This document shows, piece by piece, positions 35,768 to 45,337 of a DNA stretch of 64,000 nucleotides; positions within the stretch are counted from its first letter, which is position 1; every line of letters starts with the position of its first letter. The translations under genes were made by a program, and so were the position numbers. The notes below the pieces were generated by a model. That model worked only from the letters and a program-made list of their open reading frames with translations. It did not search any database and was not told the origin of the DNA. Source of the DNA: Elusimicrobiota bacterium (GTDB lineage: Bacteria > Elusimicrobiota > Elusimicrobia > UBA1565); NCBI GenBank assembly GCA_043819795.1, contig JBDREN010000083.1, positions 5,298 to 69,297 of the forward strand. Direction: 5' to 3'.

Positions 35768-36384
35768 TCGCCAGCCTCCGCGGGACCATCCTCGAGAACG
35801 ACGCCGGTCACGTGATCATCGAGTCCAACGGAGTCGGCTACGAGCTCGTCGTCAACCCTTCCACGGCCGCGCGGCTGCCCGGCGAGTCCCACGAGGCCGT
35901 GCTTTACGTGTCCGAGTCGTTCGGCATGTACGGGGGAGGCACGACGCTGTACGGATTCGCGAGCCGCGAGGACAAGCAGATGTTCCTCTGCTTCAAGGAC
36001 CTCCCCTCCACCGGAGCCAAGAAGGCCCTCGATCATCTCGAGAAGGCCTCCCGCTCGCTGCCCGATTTCCGCCGCGCGATCATCGACGGGGACGCGCGCA
36101 TCCTGACCGCCATGTTCGGCTTCACGCGCAAGACGGCCGAAAGGCTGATCAGCGGCCTCAAGGACAAGCTCGGCGCCGTATCGGTCGCGGCGGGAGGCGG
36201 GCGCATCCGGCACGACGCCGGCCGGGCGACCGCCGGCCCCTTGTCCCAAGCGCTGGAGGCGCTCTCCGCGCTCGGGTACCGCCCCGCCGAGACCCGCTCG
36301 GCGCTCGATGCCGTCCGGCACGACCTGGAGGGACGCGAGGCGGCCGTGGAAGAGATCGTCCGCATGGCCCTGCGCAAGCTTTGA
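35764..36384 (+). CDS. ruvA: Holliday junction DNA helicase RuvA
   Basis: [11 protein letters not shown]...GVGYEL; ATGA overlap with ruvC. Confidence 0.9.
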   Translation: MIASLRGTILENDAGHVIIESNGVGYELVVNPSTAARLPGESHEAVLYVSESFGMYGGGTTLYGFASREDKQMFLCFKDLPSTGAKKALDHLEKASRSLPDFRRAIIDGDARILTAMFGFTRKTAERLISGLKDKLGAVSVAAGGGRIRHDAGRATAGPLSQALEALSALGYRPAETRSALDAVRHDLEGREAAVEEIVRMALRKL

Positions 36385-36386
36385 TC

Positions 36387-37415
36387 ATGAGCGAAGCCGG
36401 GGATTCCATCACCACCAACGAAGCGCTCAAGGAAGATGAGCGCTTCGACCGGGCTTTGCGCCCGAAGACCCTGGACGAGTTCATCGGCCAGGAAAAGCTT
36501 AAGGACAACCTCCGGGTATTCATCGAGGCCGCGCGAAACCGCCGGGAACCCCTGGATCATTCCCTCTTTTACTCCCCGCCGGGCCTGGGCAAGACGACGC
36601 TCGCCTCGATCCTGGCCCGCGAGATGGGCGTCAACCTGCGCACGACCTCGGGCCCCATCCTCGAGCGCGTCGGCGACCTGGCGGCCATCCTGACGGACCT
36701 GAGCGAGGGCGACGTCCTGTTCATCGACGAGATCCACCGGCTGAGCAGGCTCGTCGAGGAAGCGCTCTATCCGGTGATGGAGGACTCCACCTTCTACATC
36801 TCGACAGGCAAGGGGCCGATGGCGGCGACCGTCAAGCTGGCGATCCCGGGGTTCACCCTCGTGGGCGCCACGACGCGCGCCGGACTCCTGACGGGGCCGC
36901 TCCGCAACCGCTTCGGCATCGTCGGGCACCTGGGATTCTACGACGAGGCGGACCTCCGCCGGATCGTCAAGCGCTCGGCCGGTCTCCTCGGGGTAGAGAC
37001 GAAGCCGGCCGGCGCGGCGGAGATCGCGCGACGCAGCCGCGGCACGCCCCGTATAGCCAACCGCCTCTTGCGCCGGGTGCGGGATTTCGCCGAGGTCAAG
37101 GCCGACGGGACCATCACCGAATCCGTCGCCAAGGGAGCGCTCGAGGCGCTCGAGGTCGACGGGCTCGGGCTAGACCACATGGACCGGAAGTTCCTGCGCG
37201 CCCTCATCGAGAAGTTCTCGGGCGGGCCGGTCGGCATCGACACCCTGGCTATGGCCGTGTCGGAGGAGGTGGACACGATCACCGAGGTCCTCGAGCCCTA
37301 CCTGATCCAGGCGGGCCTTCTCCAGCATACCCCCCGCGGGCGCATGGCGACCCGCTTGGGCTTCGAGCACATGGGCGTCAAGCCCCCTCCCAAGCGCGGC
37401 GAGCTTTTCCCATGA
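36387..37415 (+). CDS. ruvB: Holliday junction DNA helicase RuvB
   Basis: Walker [12 protein letters not shown]; alternative TTG start 36381 overlapping ruvA stop. Confidence 0.9.
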   Translation: MSEAGDSITTNEALKEDERFDRALRPKTLDEFIGQEKLKDNLRVFIEAARNRREPLDHSLFYSPPGLGKTTLASILAREMGVNLRTTSGPILERVGDLAAILTDLSEGDVLFIDEIHRLSRLVEEALYPVMEDSTFYISTGKGPMAATVKLAIPGFTLVGATTRAGLLTGPLRNRFGIVGHLGFYDEADLRRIVKRSAGLLGVETKPAGAAEIARRSRGTPRIANRLLRRVRDFAEVKADGTITESVAKGALEALEVDGLGLDHMDRKFLRALIEKFSGGPVGIDTLAMAVSEEVDTITEVLEPYLIQAGLLQHTPRGRMATRLGFEHMGVKPPPKRGELFP

Positions 37416-38773
37416 GCCGCGGCGTCCTGCTCGCGGCGTCGTGCGCCTTGGCCGCCGTGGCCGCCGCGGCGCCCCTATCGGGGAGCCGCCCGGAGGGCCC
37501 GCCGGCACGCTCACGCGCTTTTGTGGCAAGCGCGGTACTGCACACTCCGGCGCCGGAAACACCCTCGGCACCGGCCGGTCCCGGCGTCGTTCCGGGGCCG
37601 GGTCCTGTGCCGGGCTCGCCGCCGCGCGCGGCCGCGGCGGAGTCCCTCACCCCCGCGAGCCCGTCGGAACCGATCATCGCGGTGGGCATCGCCCACAGGG
37701 TCCCGAAGATCACGGTGCGTCCGGAGGGCCGATTCTCGGTCATAGACGAGACGACCGGCGAGATGAAGCGGCTCGAGCGCGGACGCGCCTACACGGTCGA
37801 AGCCGACGAGGGAGAGCGCCTCATCCTGGGGCCCTTCCTCTTCTTCGGCCCGACGCGGCTCCTGCCCGGCCGGCCCGAGGAGTATGTCCTGATCGGGGAG
37901 CGCAAGTACCGCGGGAATCTGGTTTTCCGCCCGAATAAAGACGAGACGATCACCGTCATCGATGAGTTGGGCCTCGAAGAATACCTCTACGGGGTCCTGC
38001 CGACGGAGATGAGTCCCGAATGGCCGCTCGAGGCTCTCAAGGCCCAGGCCGTCGTCGCGCGCACCTTCGCGCTCAACAACCTCGGCAAGTACTCTTCCTC
38101 GGGCTACGACCTGACCGACGACTCCCGCAGCCAGATCTACACCGGGATCACGATCGAATCCGTCCGGGTCCGGCGAGCGGTGAAGGAGACGGCCGGCCAA
38201 GTGATCTATTGGCGCGGGAAACGCCTCCCGGTCCACTTTCATTCCTGCTGCGGAGGCCGCACGACCGATCCGGCCTCGGTCTGGGGCCCGTTGCGGACCG
38301 CCGACGCCGGAGAGCGGGGCGCGGCCGAGAGCCCGCGCCCCCTGCGCGGCGTGCGCGATCGCTACTGCCAGGACACGCCGCACTACGGCTGGACGGCGTA
38401 CTTCAGGAAAGACGACATGCTCCGGGCGCTCCAGCGCGGCGGCCACAACGTGGCCACCCTCACGGCGATCAAGCCCGGGCGCCGGACCTCTTCGGGCTAC
38501 CTCCGGTACCTCCGCCTCAAGCTCGACGGCGCCTGGAGACGCGTGGCGGCCAACGACCTGAGGATGTGGCTCGGCCCCGCCGAGCTAAAGAGCACGCGGA
38601 TACGACGGGTGACCCGCCGGCGCAAGGGCTTCGAGTTCGCCGGGCGCGGCTACGGGCACGGCGTCGGCCTGTGCCAGTGGGGAGCCCGCGTCCAGGCCGA
38701 GCGAGGCGGCGGATACCGCGATATCCTGGGATTCTATTTCCCCGGAGCGGAAATCGGCCCGCGGGAGCGCTAG
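37412..38773 (+). CDS. SpoIID/LytB-domain protein (amidase enhancer-like)
   Basis: Signal peptide, proline-rich linker, SpoIID motifs [39 protein letters not shown]. Confidence 0.75.
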   Translation: MSRGVLLAASCALAAVAAAAPLSGSRPEGPPARSRAFVASAVLHTPAPETPSAPAGPGVVPGPGPVPGSPPRAAAAESLTPASPSEPIIAVGIAHRVPKITVRPEGRFSVIDETTGEMKRLERGRAYTVEADEGERLILGPFLFFGPTRLLPGRPEEYVLIGERKYRGNLVFRPNKDETITVIDELGLEEYLYGVLPTEMSPEWPLEALKAQAVVARTFALNNLGKYSSSGYDLTDDSRSQIYTGITIESVRVRRAVKETAGQVIYWRGKRLPVHFHSCCGGRTTDPASVWGPLRTADAGERGAAESPRPLRGVRDRYCQDTPHYGWTAYFRKDDMLRALQRGGHNVATLTAIKPGRRTSSGYLRYLRLKLDGAWRRVAANDLRMWLGPAELKSTRIRRVTRRRKGFEFAGRGYGHGVGLCQWGARVQAERGGGYRDILGFYFPGAEIGPRER

Positions 38774-38774
38774 C

Positions 38775-38825
38775 CACGGAAACCTTCAACGAGCGGACCC
38801 CGCGAGCGAAGGCCGGCGAGACGGA
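38775..38825 (+). repeat. 45-nt GC palindromic repeat, divergent copy 1 of tandem pair in spoIID-queA spacer
   Basis: cacggaaaccttcaacgagcggaccccgcgagcgaaggccggcgagacgga. Confidence 0.5.
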
Positions 38826-38829
38826 GGCC

Positions 38830-38888
38830 GGGACGGAAGCCTTCAACGCCTGGGTCCCGCGAGCAAGGGCCAGCGAAGCGCGGTCCCG
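38830..38888 (+). repeat. 45-nt GC palindromic repeat, copy 2 of tandem pair
   Basis: gggacggaagccttcaacgcctgggtcccgcgagcaagggccagcgaagcg. Confidence 0.6.
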
Positions 38889-38890
38889 GT

Positions 38891-39960
38891 ATGGGGAATC
38901 CGTTCCCGGGGCGAGCGGTTTTCGCCTCGAAGACTACGAATTCGCCTATCCCCGATCACTCATCGCCACGGCTCCCGCGACCCCGCGCGACGCGGCGCGC
39001 ATGCTGGTGCTCGACCGGACGACGGGCCGGATCGAGCATCGCCGCTTCCTCGACCTGCCCCAATACCTGCGGCCCGGGGACTGCCTCGTCCTCAATCGCA
39101 GCAAGGTCCTCCCCGCCCGCCTGGTAGGGCGCAAACCGACCGGCGGCAAGGTCGAGCTCAACCTCGTCCGCCGGCTCGCGCCGGACCGCTGGACCGCGCT
39201 CTCGGCGAACCTCAAGCCCGGCGTCGAGGTGCTCTTCCCCGGCGGGATCCGCGCCTCCGTCGAGAGCCTCGACCCCGAAGGCGAGTGGATACTCAGGTTC
39301 TCGGTCGGGGAGGTGGAGCTCCTCATGCTCCGCCACGGTCACGCGCCGCTTCCCCCCTATATCCAGAAGCGGCGCAAGCGGCTGCCGCCGGCCGCGGTCG
39401 AGGACCGGGACCGCTACCAGACCGTCTATGCCCGCGAGGAAGGCTCGGTCGCGGCGCCGACGGCCGGCCTGCACTTCACTCCCGAGCTGCTCGAAGCGCT
39501 GCGGCGGCAGGGCGTGCGCGTCGCGGAGGTGGTGCTCCATGTGGGCCGCGGCACGTTCCGGCCGGTCACCGCCCGCGACATCCGGGCTCATCGCATGCTG
39601 CCCGAGAGGTTCTACATCCCGGACGGGACGGCCGCCGCGCTCCGAGAGGCCCGCCGCGACGGAGGCCGCGTCATCGCGGTCGGAACGAGCAGCGTCCGCA
39701 CCCTGGAGACGATAGCCCGCCGCGGAGGCGGGGCCAACGGGGCGCACTCCCCCATCGAGGAGACCGAGCTCTTCATCCTGCCCGGCCACCGCTTCCTTTC
39801 CGTCGACGCCTTGATCACCAACTTCCATCAGCCGGCCTCCACGCCCCTTCTGCTGACATCCTCCTTCGCCGGACGCGAGCGTCTGCTCGAAGCCTACCAC
39901 GCGGCCATCGCCCGGGAGTACCGCCTCTTCTCCTACGGCGACTCGATGCTCATCGTTTGA
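38891..39960 (+). CDS. queA: S-adenosylmethionine:tRNA ribosyltransferase-isomerase QueA; N-terminus unresolved (conserved frame has no in-frame start after spoIID stop; ATG 38891 is in the -1 frame, possible 1-nt indel in G-run 38905-38912)
   Basis: GFRLEDYEFAYPRSLIA..LVLNRSKVLPARL..GRKPTGGKVE aligns with E. coli QueA from residue ~4. Confidence 0.75.
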
Positions 39961-39967
39961 GGCTCCC

Positions 39968-41131
39968 ATGAGCGGACAGCCCGCCTTCGAGGTGACCGCC
40001 AAGGACCGCGCCAGCCGGGCGCGGACCGGGACGCTCCGCACGGAGCATGGCCGCGTCGAAACGCCGGTGTTCATGCCGGTCGCGACGCAGGGATCCGTGA
40101 AGGCCCTCAGCTCCCAGGACCTTTCGGATCTCGGCATCCATGCGATCCTCTCCAACGCCTACCACCTCGCCTTGCGCCCCGGCGCCGACGTGATCGAGGC
40201 GGCGGGGGGCCTCAACGCCTTCATGGACTATCCGGGGACGATCCTGACCGACTCGGGCGGCTACCAGATATTCAGCCTGGCGGACCTCAGACGCCTCAGC
40301 GACGACGGCGTGACCTTCCAGTCGCATATCGACGGCTCGCTCCATACGCTGACGCCGGAGGGCGTGATCGGCCTGCAGGCCCGGCTCGGCTCCGACATCT
40401 GGACCTCGCTCGACGAGTGCCCCGCGTATCCCTGCACCGAGGCGGAGGCCCGCCGCGCGCTCGAGCGAACGATGCGCTGGACCGAACGTTCCCATCGCGC
40501 GTTCACGCAAGAGAACGGCAAAAAGGCCCTGTTCTTTCCCGTCATCCAAGGCTCGGTCTACCCCGAGCTGCGCCGCCGCGCATGCGAGCACCTGCTGGAG
40601 ATCCGGCCCGACGGGGTCAGCCTCGGCGGATTCTCCGTCGGCGAGCCCAAGGAGAAGACGTGGGAGGCCCTGGAAAGGACCGTGGAGCGCCTCCCGGACG
40701 GCATGCCCCGCTACCTGATGGGGATGGGCGCGCCCGACGATCTGTGGGAGGCGGTCCGTCTCGGCGTGGACATGCTGGACTGCGTCTGGCCGACGCGCAC
40801 CGCGCGCAACGGGGTCGTCATGACGGCGGCCGGGCGCTTGAACATCAAGAACGCGCCGATGCGCAAGGACTTTTCCCCCCTCGATAAGGAGTGCGACTGC
40901 GCGACCTGCGGCCGCTACAGCCGGGCGTACCTGTCCCACCTCTTCCGCGCGCGCGAGCTCTCGGCCTACCGGCTGCTGAGCGTCCACAACCTGCACTTCA
41001 GCCTGCGGATCATGCGGAGGATCCGCGCGGCCATCCGCGAGGGCAGGTTCCTCGAGGAGCGAAAGCTGTTCCTGGAGCGGTATAGGGGAGATGCGCGCGT
41101 CCCTCCCCCGCGGGGAGGGACGCGGAAGTAG
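39968..41131 (+). CDS. tgt: queuine tRNA-ribosyltransferase
   Basis: TPVFMPV, DSGGYQ, zinc site CDCATCGRYSRAYLSHL. Confidence 0.9.
   Translation: MSGQPAFEVTAKDRASRARTGTLRTEHGRVETPVFMPVATQGSVKALSSQDLSDLGIHAILSNAYHLALRPGADVIEAAGGLNAFMDYPGTILTDSGGYQIFSLADLRRLSDDGVTFQSHIDGSLHTLTPEGVIGLQARLGSDIWTSLDECPAYPCTEAEARRALERTMRWTERSHRAFTQENGKKALFFPVIQGSVYPELRRRACEHLLEIRPDGVSLGGFSVGEPKEKTWEALERTVERLPDGMPRYLMGMGAPDDLWEAVRLGVDMLDCVWPTRTARNGVVMTAAGRLNIKNAPMRKDFSPLDKECDCATCGRYSRAYLSHLFRARELSAYRLLSVHNLHFSLRIMRRIRAAIREGRFLEERKLFLERYRGDARVPPPRGGTRK
41095..41125 (+). terminator. perfect 13-bp-stem hairpin CGCGTCCCTCCCC-cgc-GGGGAGGGACGCG inside last codons of tgt, followed by second G/C hairpin at 41140-41165; candidate terminator/attenuator
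   Basis: Exact palindrome read directly. Confidence 0.35.
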
Positions 41132-41268
41132 GAGGGGGACAGATGCCGTGTCGCCCCCCCCCGCAGGGGGGCCGCATACTCCAGCGCTTGAGGGGCTGAC
41201 GCGTTATTTAGTAGGATTATCCGACTTTATCTGCATAAGTCCGCAAGTTCCGCGCACAGGAGCAGAAC

Positions 41269-41580
41269 ATGAACGGGGCATCGCCGTCTCCTCTCGCCGG
41301 GTTCATCCCGATCCTCTTCATCATCGGGATCTTCTACTTCCTCGTCATCCGCCCCCAGCAGAAGCAGATGAAGGAACAGCGCAGGATGCTGGAGCTCTTA
41401 AAGAAGGGAGACCGCATCCTGACCGGCGGCGGCGTCTACGGCACGATCGTCTCCCTCCGGGGCCCGGACCTCGAGCTCAAGATCGCCGACAACGTCAAAG
41501 TGCTCGTCACTCGCTCGTCGGTCAGCAAGCTGGCGAACCACCCGGAACTGGCTTCGGACGGCGGCCCCAAGGACGGATAA
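41269..41580 (+). CDS. yajC: preprotein translocase subunit YajC
   Basis: PILFIIGIFYFLVIRPQQKQMKEQ...; AGGAG SD. Confidence 0.85.
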   Translation: MNGASPSPLAGFIPILFIIGIFYFLVIRPQQKQMKEQRRMLELLKKGDRILTGGGVYGTIVSLRGPDLELKIADNVKVLVTRSSVSKLANHPELASDGGPKDG

Positions 41581-41626
41581 GAGGCCTGCGCGGATCCATC
41601 GCGGGGCCCGGAAACAGGCTGACAAC

Positions 41627-43075
41627 ATGACGAAACTGCAGATGAAATGGGCGGGAGTCGGCGTGCTGATCGCGCTGGCCCTGCTGTTGCTCTATCCCAC
41701 GGTCGACTGGTACACCAAGGAGGCCGGCCAGCGCCAGCGCCTGGAGGCCAGCCGCATGCGCCCGAAACGGCTGCTCAACCTCGGCCTCGACCTCAAGGGC
41801 GGGACCCACCTGCTCATGCAGCTCGACATCGAGCGCCTGCCGCCCGACGCCGATGTCTTGGACGCGCTGAGCCGGGCCATCGAGATCATCCGCAACCGGG
41901 TGGACCAGCTCGGCGTCGCCGAGCCCCTGATCGCCCGTCAGGGCGAGCGCTGGATCGTCGTCCAACTGCCCGGGATCCGGAACTCGCGCCTGGCCAAGGA
42001 GGTGATCGGCCAGACGGCGATGCTCGAGTTCCGCATGGTGGATTCCTCCGAAGCGGCTCAGGAGGCGTCCCAGAAGATGTACGAGCTCGGCGAACCGTTC
42101 CTCAAAGACGACAACGGGCAGTACGTCAAGATGGACGACGGCAAGTTCGCTATCTCGACCGCCGCCGCCGCCCTGCTTCCCAAGGGCGACTGGATCTTCC
42201 CGGCTCGTGAGGGTGGGTACTACATCGTCCGCGACACCGTGCCGGTGACCGGGGCCCAGCTGGACTCGGCCCGCGTCGAGACCGGCAACAACGGGCTTCC
42301 GATCGTGGCGTTCAAGTTCAAACCCGAAGGCGGAAAGATCTTCGGCGATCTCACGTCGGCCAACGTCGGCAAGAACCTGGCCGTCGTGCTGGACGGGCTG
42401 GTCCAGTCCGCCCCGGTCATCCGCAGCGCCATCCGCGGCGGCAGCGGGATCATCGAGGGGAACTTCCAGATGGAGGAGGCGCGCAAGCTGGCCATCGTCC
42501 TGCGGGCCGGCGCGCTGCCGGCGCCGCTGCGGATCATCGAGGAGAGGACCGTGGGCGCGACGCTCGGCGAGGACTCGATCCGCAAGGGCCTGCGGGCCTG
42601 TCTCGTCGGCGGGCTGCTCGTGCTCCTTTTTATTGCCGTCTACTACAAGATGGCCGGCGTATTCGCCGACGCCGCGATGATCCTCAACCTCTTGTTCGTC
42701 CTGGCGATGATGTCCTATTTCGGGGCGACTTTGACGCTGCCCGGCATCGCCGGCATCGTGCTGGTCGTGGGCATGGCCATCGACGCGAACGTACTCATCT
42801 TCGAGCGCATCCGCGAAGAACTGCAACTGGGCAAACCCACGCGCATCGCCGTGGACACCGGCTACGACAAGGCCTTCTCGGCGATCCTGGACGCGAACGT
42901 GACGACGCTGGTGGCGGCGCTCTTCCTGTTCCAGTTCGGGACCGGGCCGATCAAGGGATTCGCCCTGACCCTGACGCTCGGCATCCTCTGCAGCATGTTC
43001 ACGGCGATCGTCGTGACCCGGCTCATGTTCCAGGCGTACCTCTCGGCCGGCCCGGTGGATCGGCTGAGCATCTGA
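41627..43075 (+). CDS. secD: protein translocase subunit SecD
   Basis: Conserved SecD periplasmic and TM regions. Confidence 0.9.
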   Translation: MTKLQMKWAGVGVLIALALLLLYPTVDWYTKEAGQRQRLEASRMRPKRLLNLGLDLKGGTHLLMQLDIERLPPDADVLDALSRAIEIIRNRVDQLGVAEPLIARQGERWIVVQLPGIRNSRLAKEVIGQTAMLEFRMVDSSEAAQEASQKMYELGEPFLKDDNGQYVKMDDGKFAISTAAAALLPKGDWIFPAREGGYYIVRDTVPVTGAQLDSARVETGNNGLPIVAFKFKPEGGKIFGDLTSANVGKNLAVVLDGLVQSAPVIRSAIRGGSGIIEGNFQMEEARKLAIVLRAGALPAPLRIIEERTVGATLGEDSIRKGLRACLVGGLLVLLFIAVYYKMAGVFADAAMILNLLFVLAMMSYFGATLTLPGIAGIVLVVGMAIDANVLIFERIREELQLGKPTRIAVDTGYDKAFSAILDANVTTLVAALFLFQFGTGPIKGFALTLTLGILCSMFTAIVVTRLMFQAYLSAGPVDRLSI

Positions 43076-43108
43076 ATCTCATGAACGACAACACTTAACG
43101 AGACCCGC

Positions 43109-44089
43109 ATGAAAATATTCAAAAAGACCCCGACGATCGAATTCGTCGACAAACGCGCCCTCTACTTCGCCTTCTCCGGCGTCCTCCTGGCCGCGAGCCT
43201 CGCCCTGATCGTCACGCGGGGACTCAACTTCGGGATCGACTTCACCGGCGGCAGCCTCGTCCAGATCACCTTCGAGCAGCCTGTCGAGCTGGCCGAGCTG
43301 CGGGAGATGACGACGCGGGCCGGCTATCCCGACGCCATCCCACAGCACTTCAGCGGCACGGACTCATTCGCGATCCGCGTCAAGTCCCAGGGCGGCGCCG
43401 ATGAGTCGGCGGACACCGCCGAGAAGTTCCTCGGCGCCCTCGAGAAGGCCGATCCCGGGCGGCCCTTCACCGTGGACCAGAAGGAGTTCGTCGGCCCCAC
43501 CGTGGGGCGCCATCTCTACAAGCAGGCGCTCTTCGCGGTCGTCTTCTCGCTTTTGGGCATCGTCGGCTACGTGGCGTTCCGCTTCTCCAACCCCCTTTGG
43601 GGCTTCGCGGGCGTGTTCGCGCTGGCGCATGACGTCCTCGCCACCCTCGGCCTCTTCGCGGCCCTGCAGTTGGAGGTGGACCTCGTCCTCGTGGCCGCCG
43701 TCCTGACGATCGCCGGCTACTCTATCAACGACTCGATCGTCGTATTCGACCGCCTGCGCGAGAAGATGCGCGTCATGCGCCGCGAGAGCTTCGACACGGT
43801 CGCCAACACCAGCATCAACGAGACCCTGTCCCGGACGCTGATCACGTCCATGACGACGCTGTTCACGGTCGTCGTGCTGCAGCTCCTCGGCGGGACCGTC
43901 ATCCACGATTTCGCCGTGACGCTCACGTTCGGCATCGTCGTGGGGACATACTCCAGCATCGCGATCGCCGTCCCGGTCGTCTGCCAGTGGGAGGCCTCGC
44001 GAACCCGGAGAGTCGAGAAGGGCCGGACCGCGGCCGCTCCGGAGGCGACTCCCGAGAGCGCCCGCGGCGCCCGCCGCCGCAGGAGGTAG
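43109..44089 (+). CDS. secF: protein translocase subunit SecF
   Basis: NFGIDFTGGS..., C-terminal TM bundle. Confidence 0.9.
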   Translation: MKIFKKTPTIEFVDKRALYFAFSGVLLAASLALIVTRGLNFGIDFTGGSLVQITFEQPVELAELREMTTRAGYPDAIPQHFSGTDSFAIRVKSQGGADESADTAEKFLGALEKADPGRPFTVDQKEFVGPTVGRHLYKQALFAVVFSLLGIVGYVAFRFSNPLWGFAGVFALAHDVLATLGLFAALQLEVDLVLVAAVLTIAGYSINDSIVVFDRLREKMRVMRRESFDTVANTSINETLSRTLITSMTTLFTVVVLQLLGGTVIHDFAVTLTFGIVVGTYSSIAIAVPVVCQWEASRTRRVEKGRTAAAPEATPESARGARRRRR

Positions 44090-44092
44090 CCG

Positions 44093-44692
44093 ATGAGGAA
44101 GATCCGCGAATTCAACCTCCGTCTCCCGTTCAAGGAGATCCGGCGCCGCGCCCGGCAGGCGGCCGACCTGAACGCCATGGGCCTCGATGACCCGAAGCTG
44201 CAGCTGCTCATCGAGGTCGTCCAGCGCCGCCTGCGGCCGGCCGTGATCTTCGCCTCCTTCGGCCCCGAATCCCGCGAGACGGCCGCCCTCGCCCCGATAC
44301 CCGGTCTCGCCCACACGCTGGGGCTGGCGACCCTCGGCCCCGACATCGCGCCCCTGATCGCCGAAACACGGACCGAGAACGAGCAGCGCGGCGGCCTCCT
44401 CGAGCTGGTCGCCGCGGTCGCCCTGGAGCGCGCCGTCCAGTTCGTCACCGGGCTGCTCCGAGACGAGGTGGAGTCCGAGCGGTGCGAGCTCAGCCCGATC
44501 CAGCATCTCGACGAGGCGGAGGCCGTCTCGGCCGTGCTCGAACGCCTCGGGGGCGGGAAGATCGGCCTCAAGCTCGAGGCCGGACGCCTCTCCCCCGAGC
44601 ATTCGACGGCATTCTGCCTCAGCTGGATCGCCAGGAAGGGCCGCCGGAGAAAGTCCAAGACCAGGGCTTCGTCGGGAAGCCGCGACAGATAG
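44093..44692 (+). CDS. hypothetical protein (possibly methionine-synthase-activation-domain-like); C-terminal basic tail may be spurious
   Basis: AGGAGG SD; no firm family recognised. Confidence 0.45.
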   Translation: MRKIREFNLRLPFKEIRRRARQAADLNAMGLDDPKLQLLIEVVQRRLRPAVIFASFGPESRETAALAPIPGLAHTLGLATLGPDIAPLIAETRTENEQRGGLLELVAAVALERAVQFVTGLLRDEVESERCELSPIQHLDEAEAVSAVLERLGGGKIGLKLEAGRLSPEHSTAFCLSWIARKGRRRKSKTRASSGSRDR

Positions 44693-44697
44693 CGTTG

Positions 44698-45330
44698 GAC
44701 GTCCTGCGCGCCGCGGCCCCCTATCTCGCCTACGGCTTCGCCACGATAGTCGGGGGGACCTCCAGGATCCGCTGGGAAGGCGCCGAACACCTGCGCGCCG
44801 TCAAGAAGGGGGGCAAGGGCTTCATTTACGCCTTCTGGCACCAGCGGCAGATACTGTTCACCTACACCCACCGGAGCCAAGGCGCCCACGTGATGGTCAG
44901 CCGCAGCCGCGACGGAGAGATCATCGCCCGGACCATGCGCCTTTCGGGGATCGGAGCCGTCCGCGGCTCTTCGTCCCGGGGAGCGTCCGCGGCCACGCGG
45001 GAGATGCTGGATCTGCTCGCCCGCGGCCGGCCCATCGGGATCACTCCCGACGGGCCCCGCGGGCCCGCGCGCACCGTCAAGACGGGCGTGTTGTACCTCG
45101 CGCTCAAATCCGGCTGCCCCATCCTCCCGATCACCAATGCCGTGAGCCGCCGCATCGTATTCCGCAAGGCATGGGACGATTGCCATCTGCCTCTCCCGTT
45201 AAGCACGGCATGCGTGGCGCACGGCGCCCCCATGAGGGTCCGAGCCGGCGACGATATCCAAAGGAAGGCAGCCGAGCTCAAGGAAACCCTCGACCGGATC
45301 ACCGCGGAAGCGGACCGGCTCGTCTCGTGA
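44698..45330 (+). CDS. DUF374-type lysophospholipid-acyltransferase-like protein (commonly paired with Kdo transferase); TTG start inferred
   Basis: AFWHQRQILFTYTH...VMVSRSRDGEIIAR...ITPDGPRGP. Confidence 0.55.
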   Translation, partial: DVLRAAAPYLAYGFATIVGGTSRIRWEGAEHLRAVKKGGKGFIYAFWHQRQILFTYTHRSQGAHVMVSRSRDGEIIARTMRLSGIGAVRGSSSRGASAATREMLDLLARGRPIGITPDGPRGPARTVKTGVLYLALKSGCPILPITNAVSRRIVFRKAWDDCHLPLPLSTACVAHGAPMRVRAGDDIQRKAAELKETLDRITAEADRLVS

Positions 45331-45337
45331 ACGGACC

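Noticed and set aside
38020-39960. 646-aa ORF call
   Set aside because: First 290 aa overlap spoIID in another frame; only the QueA-homologous C-terminal part is real.
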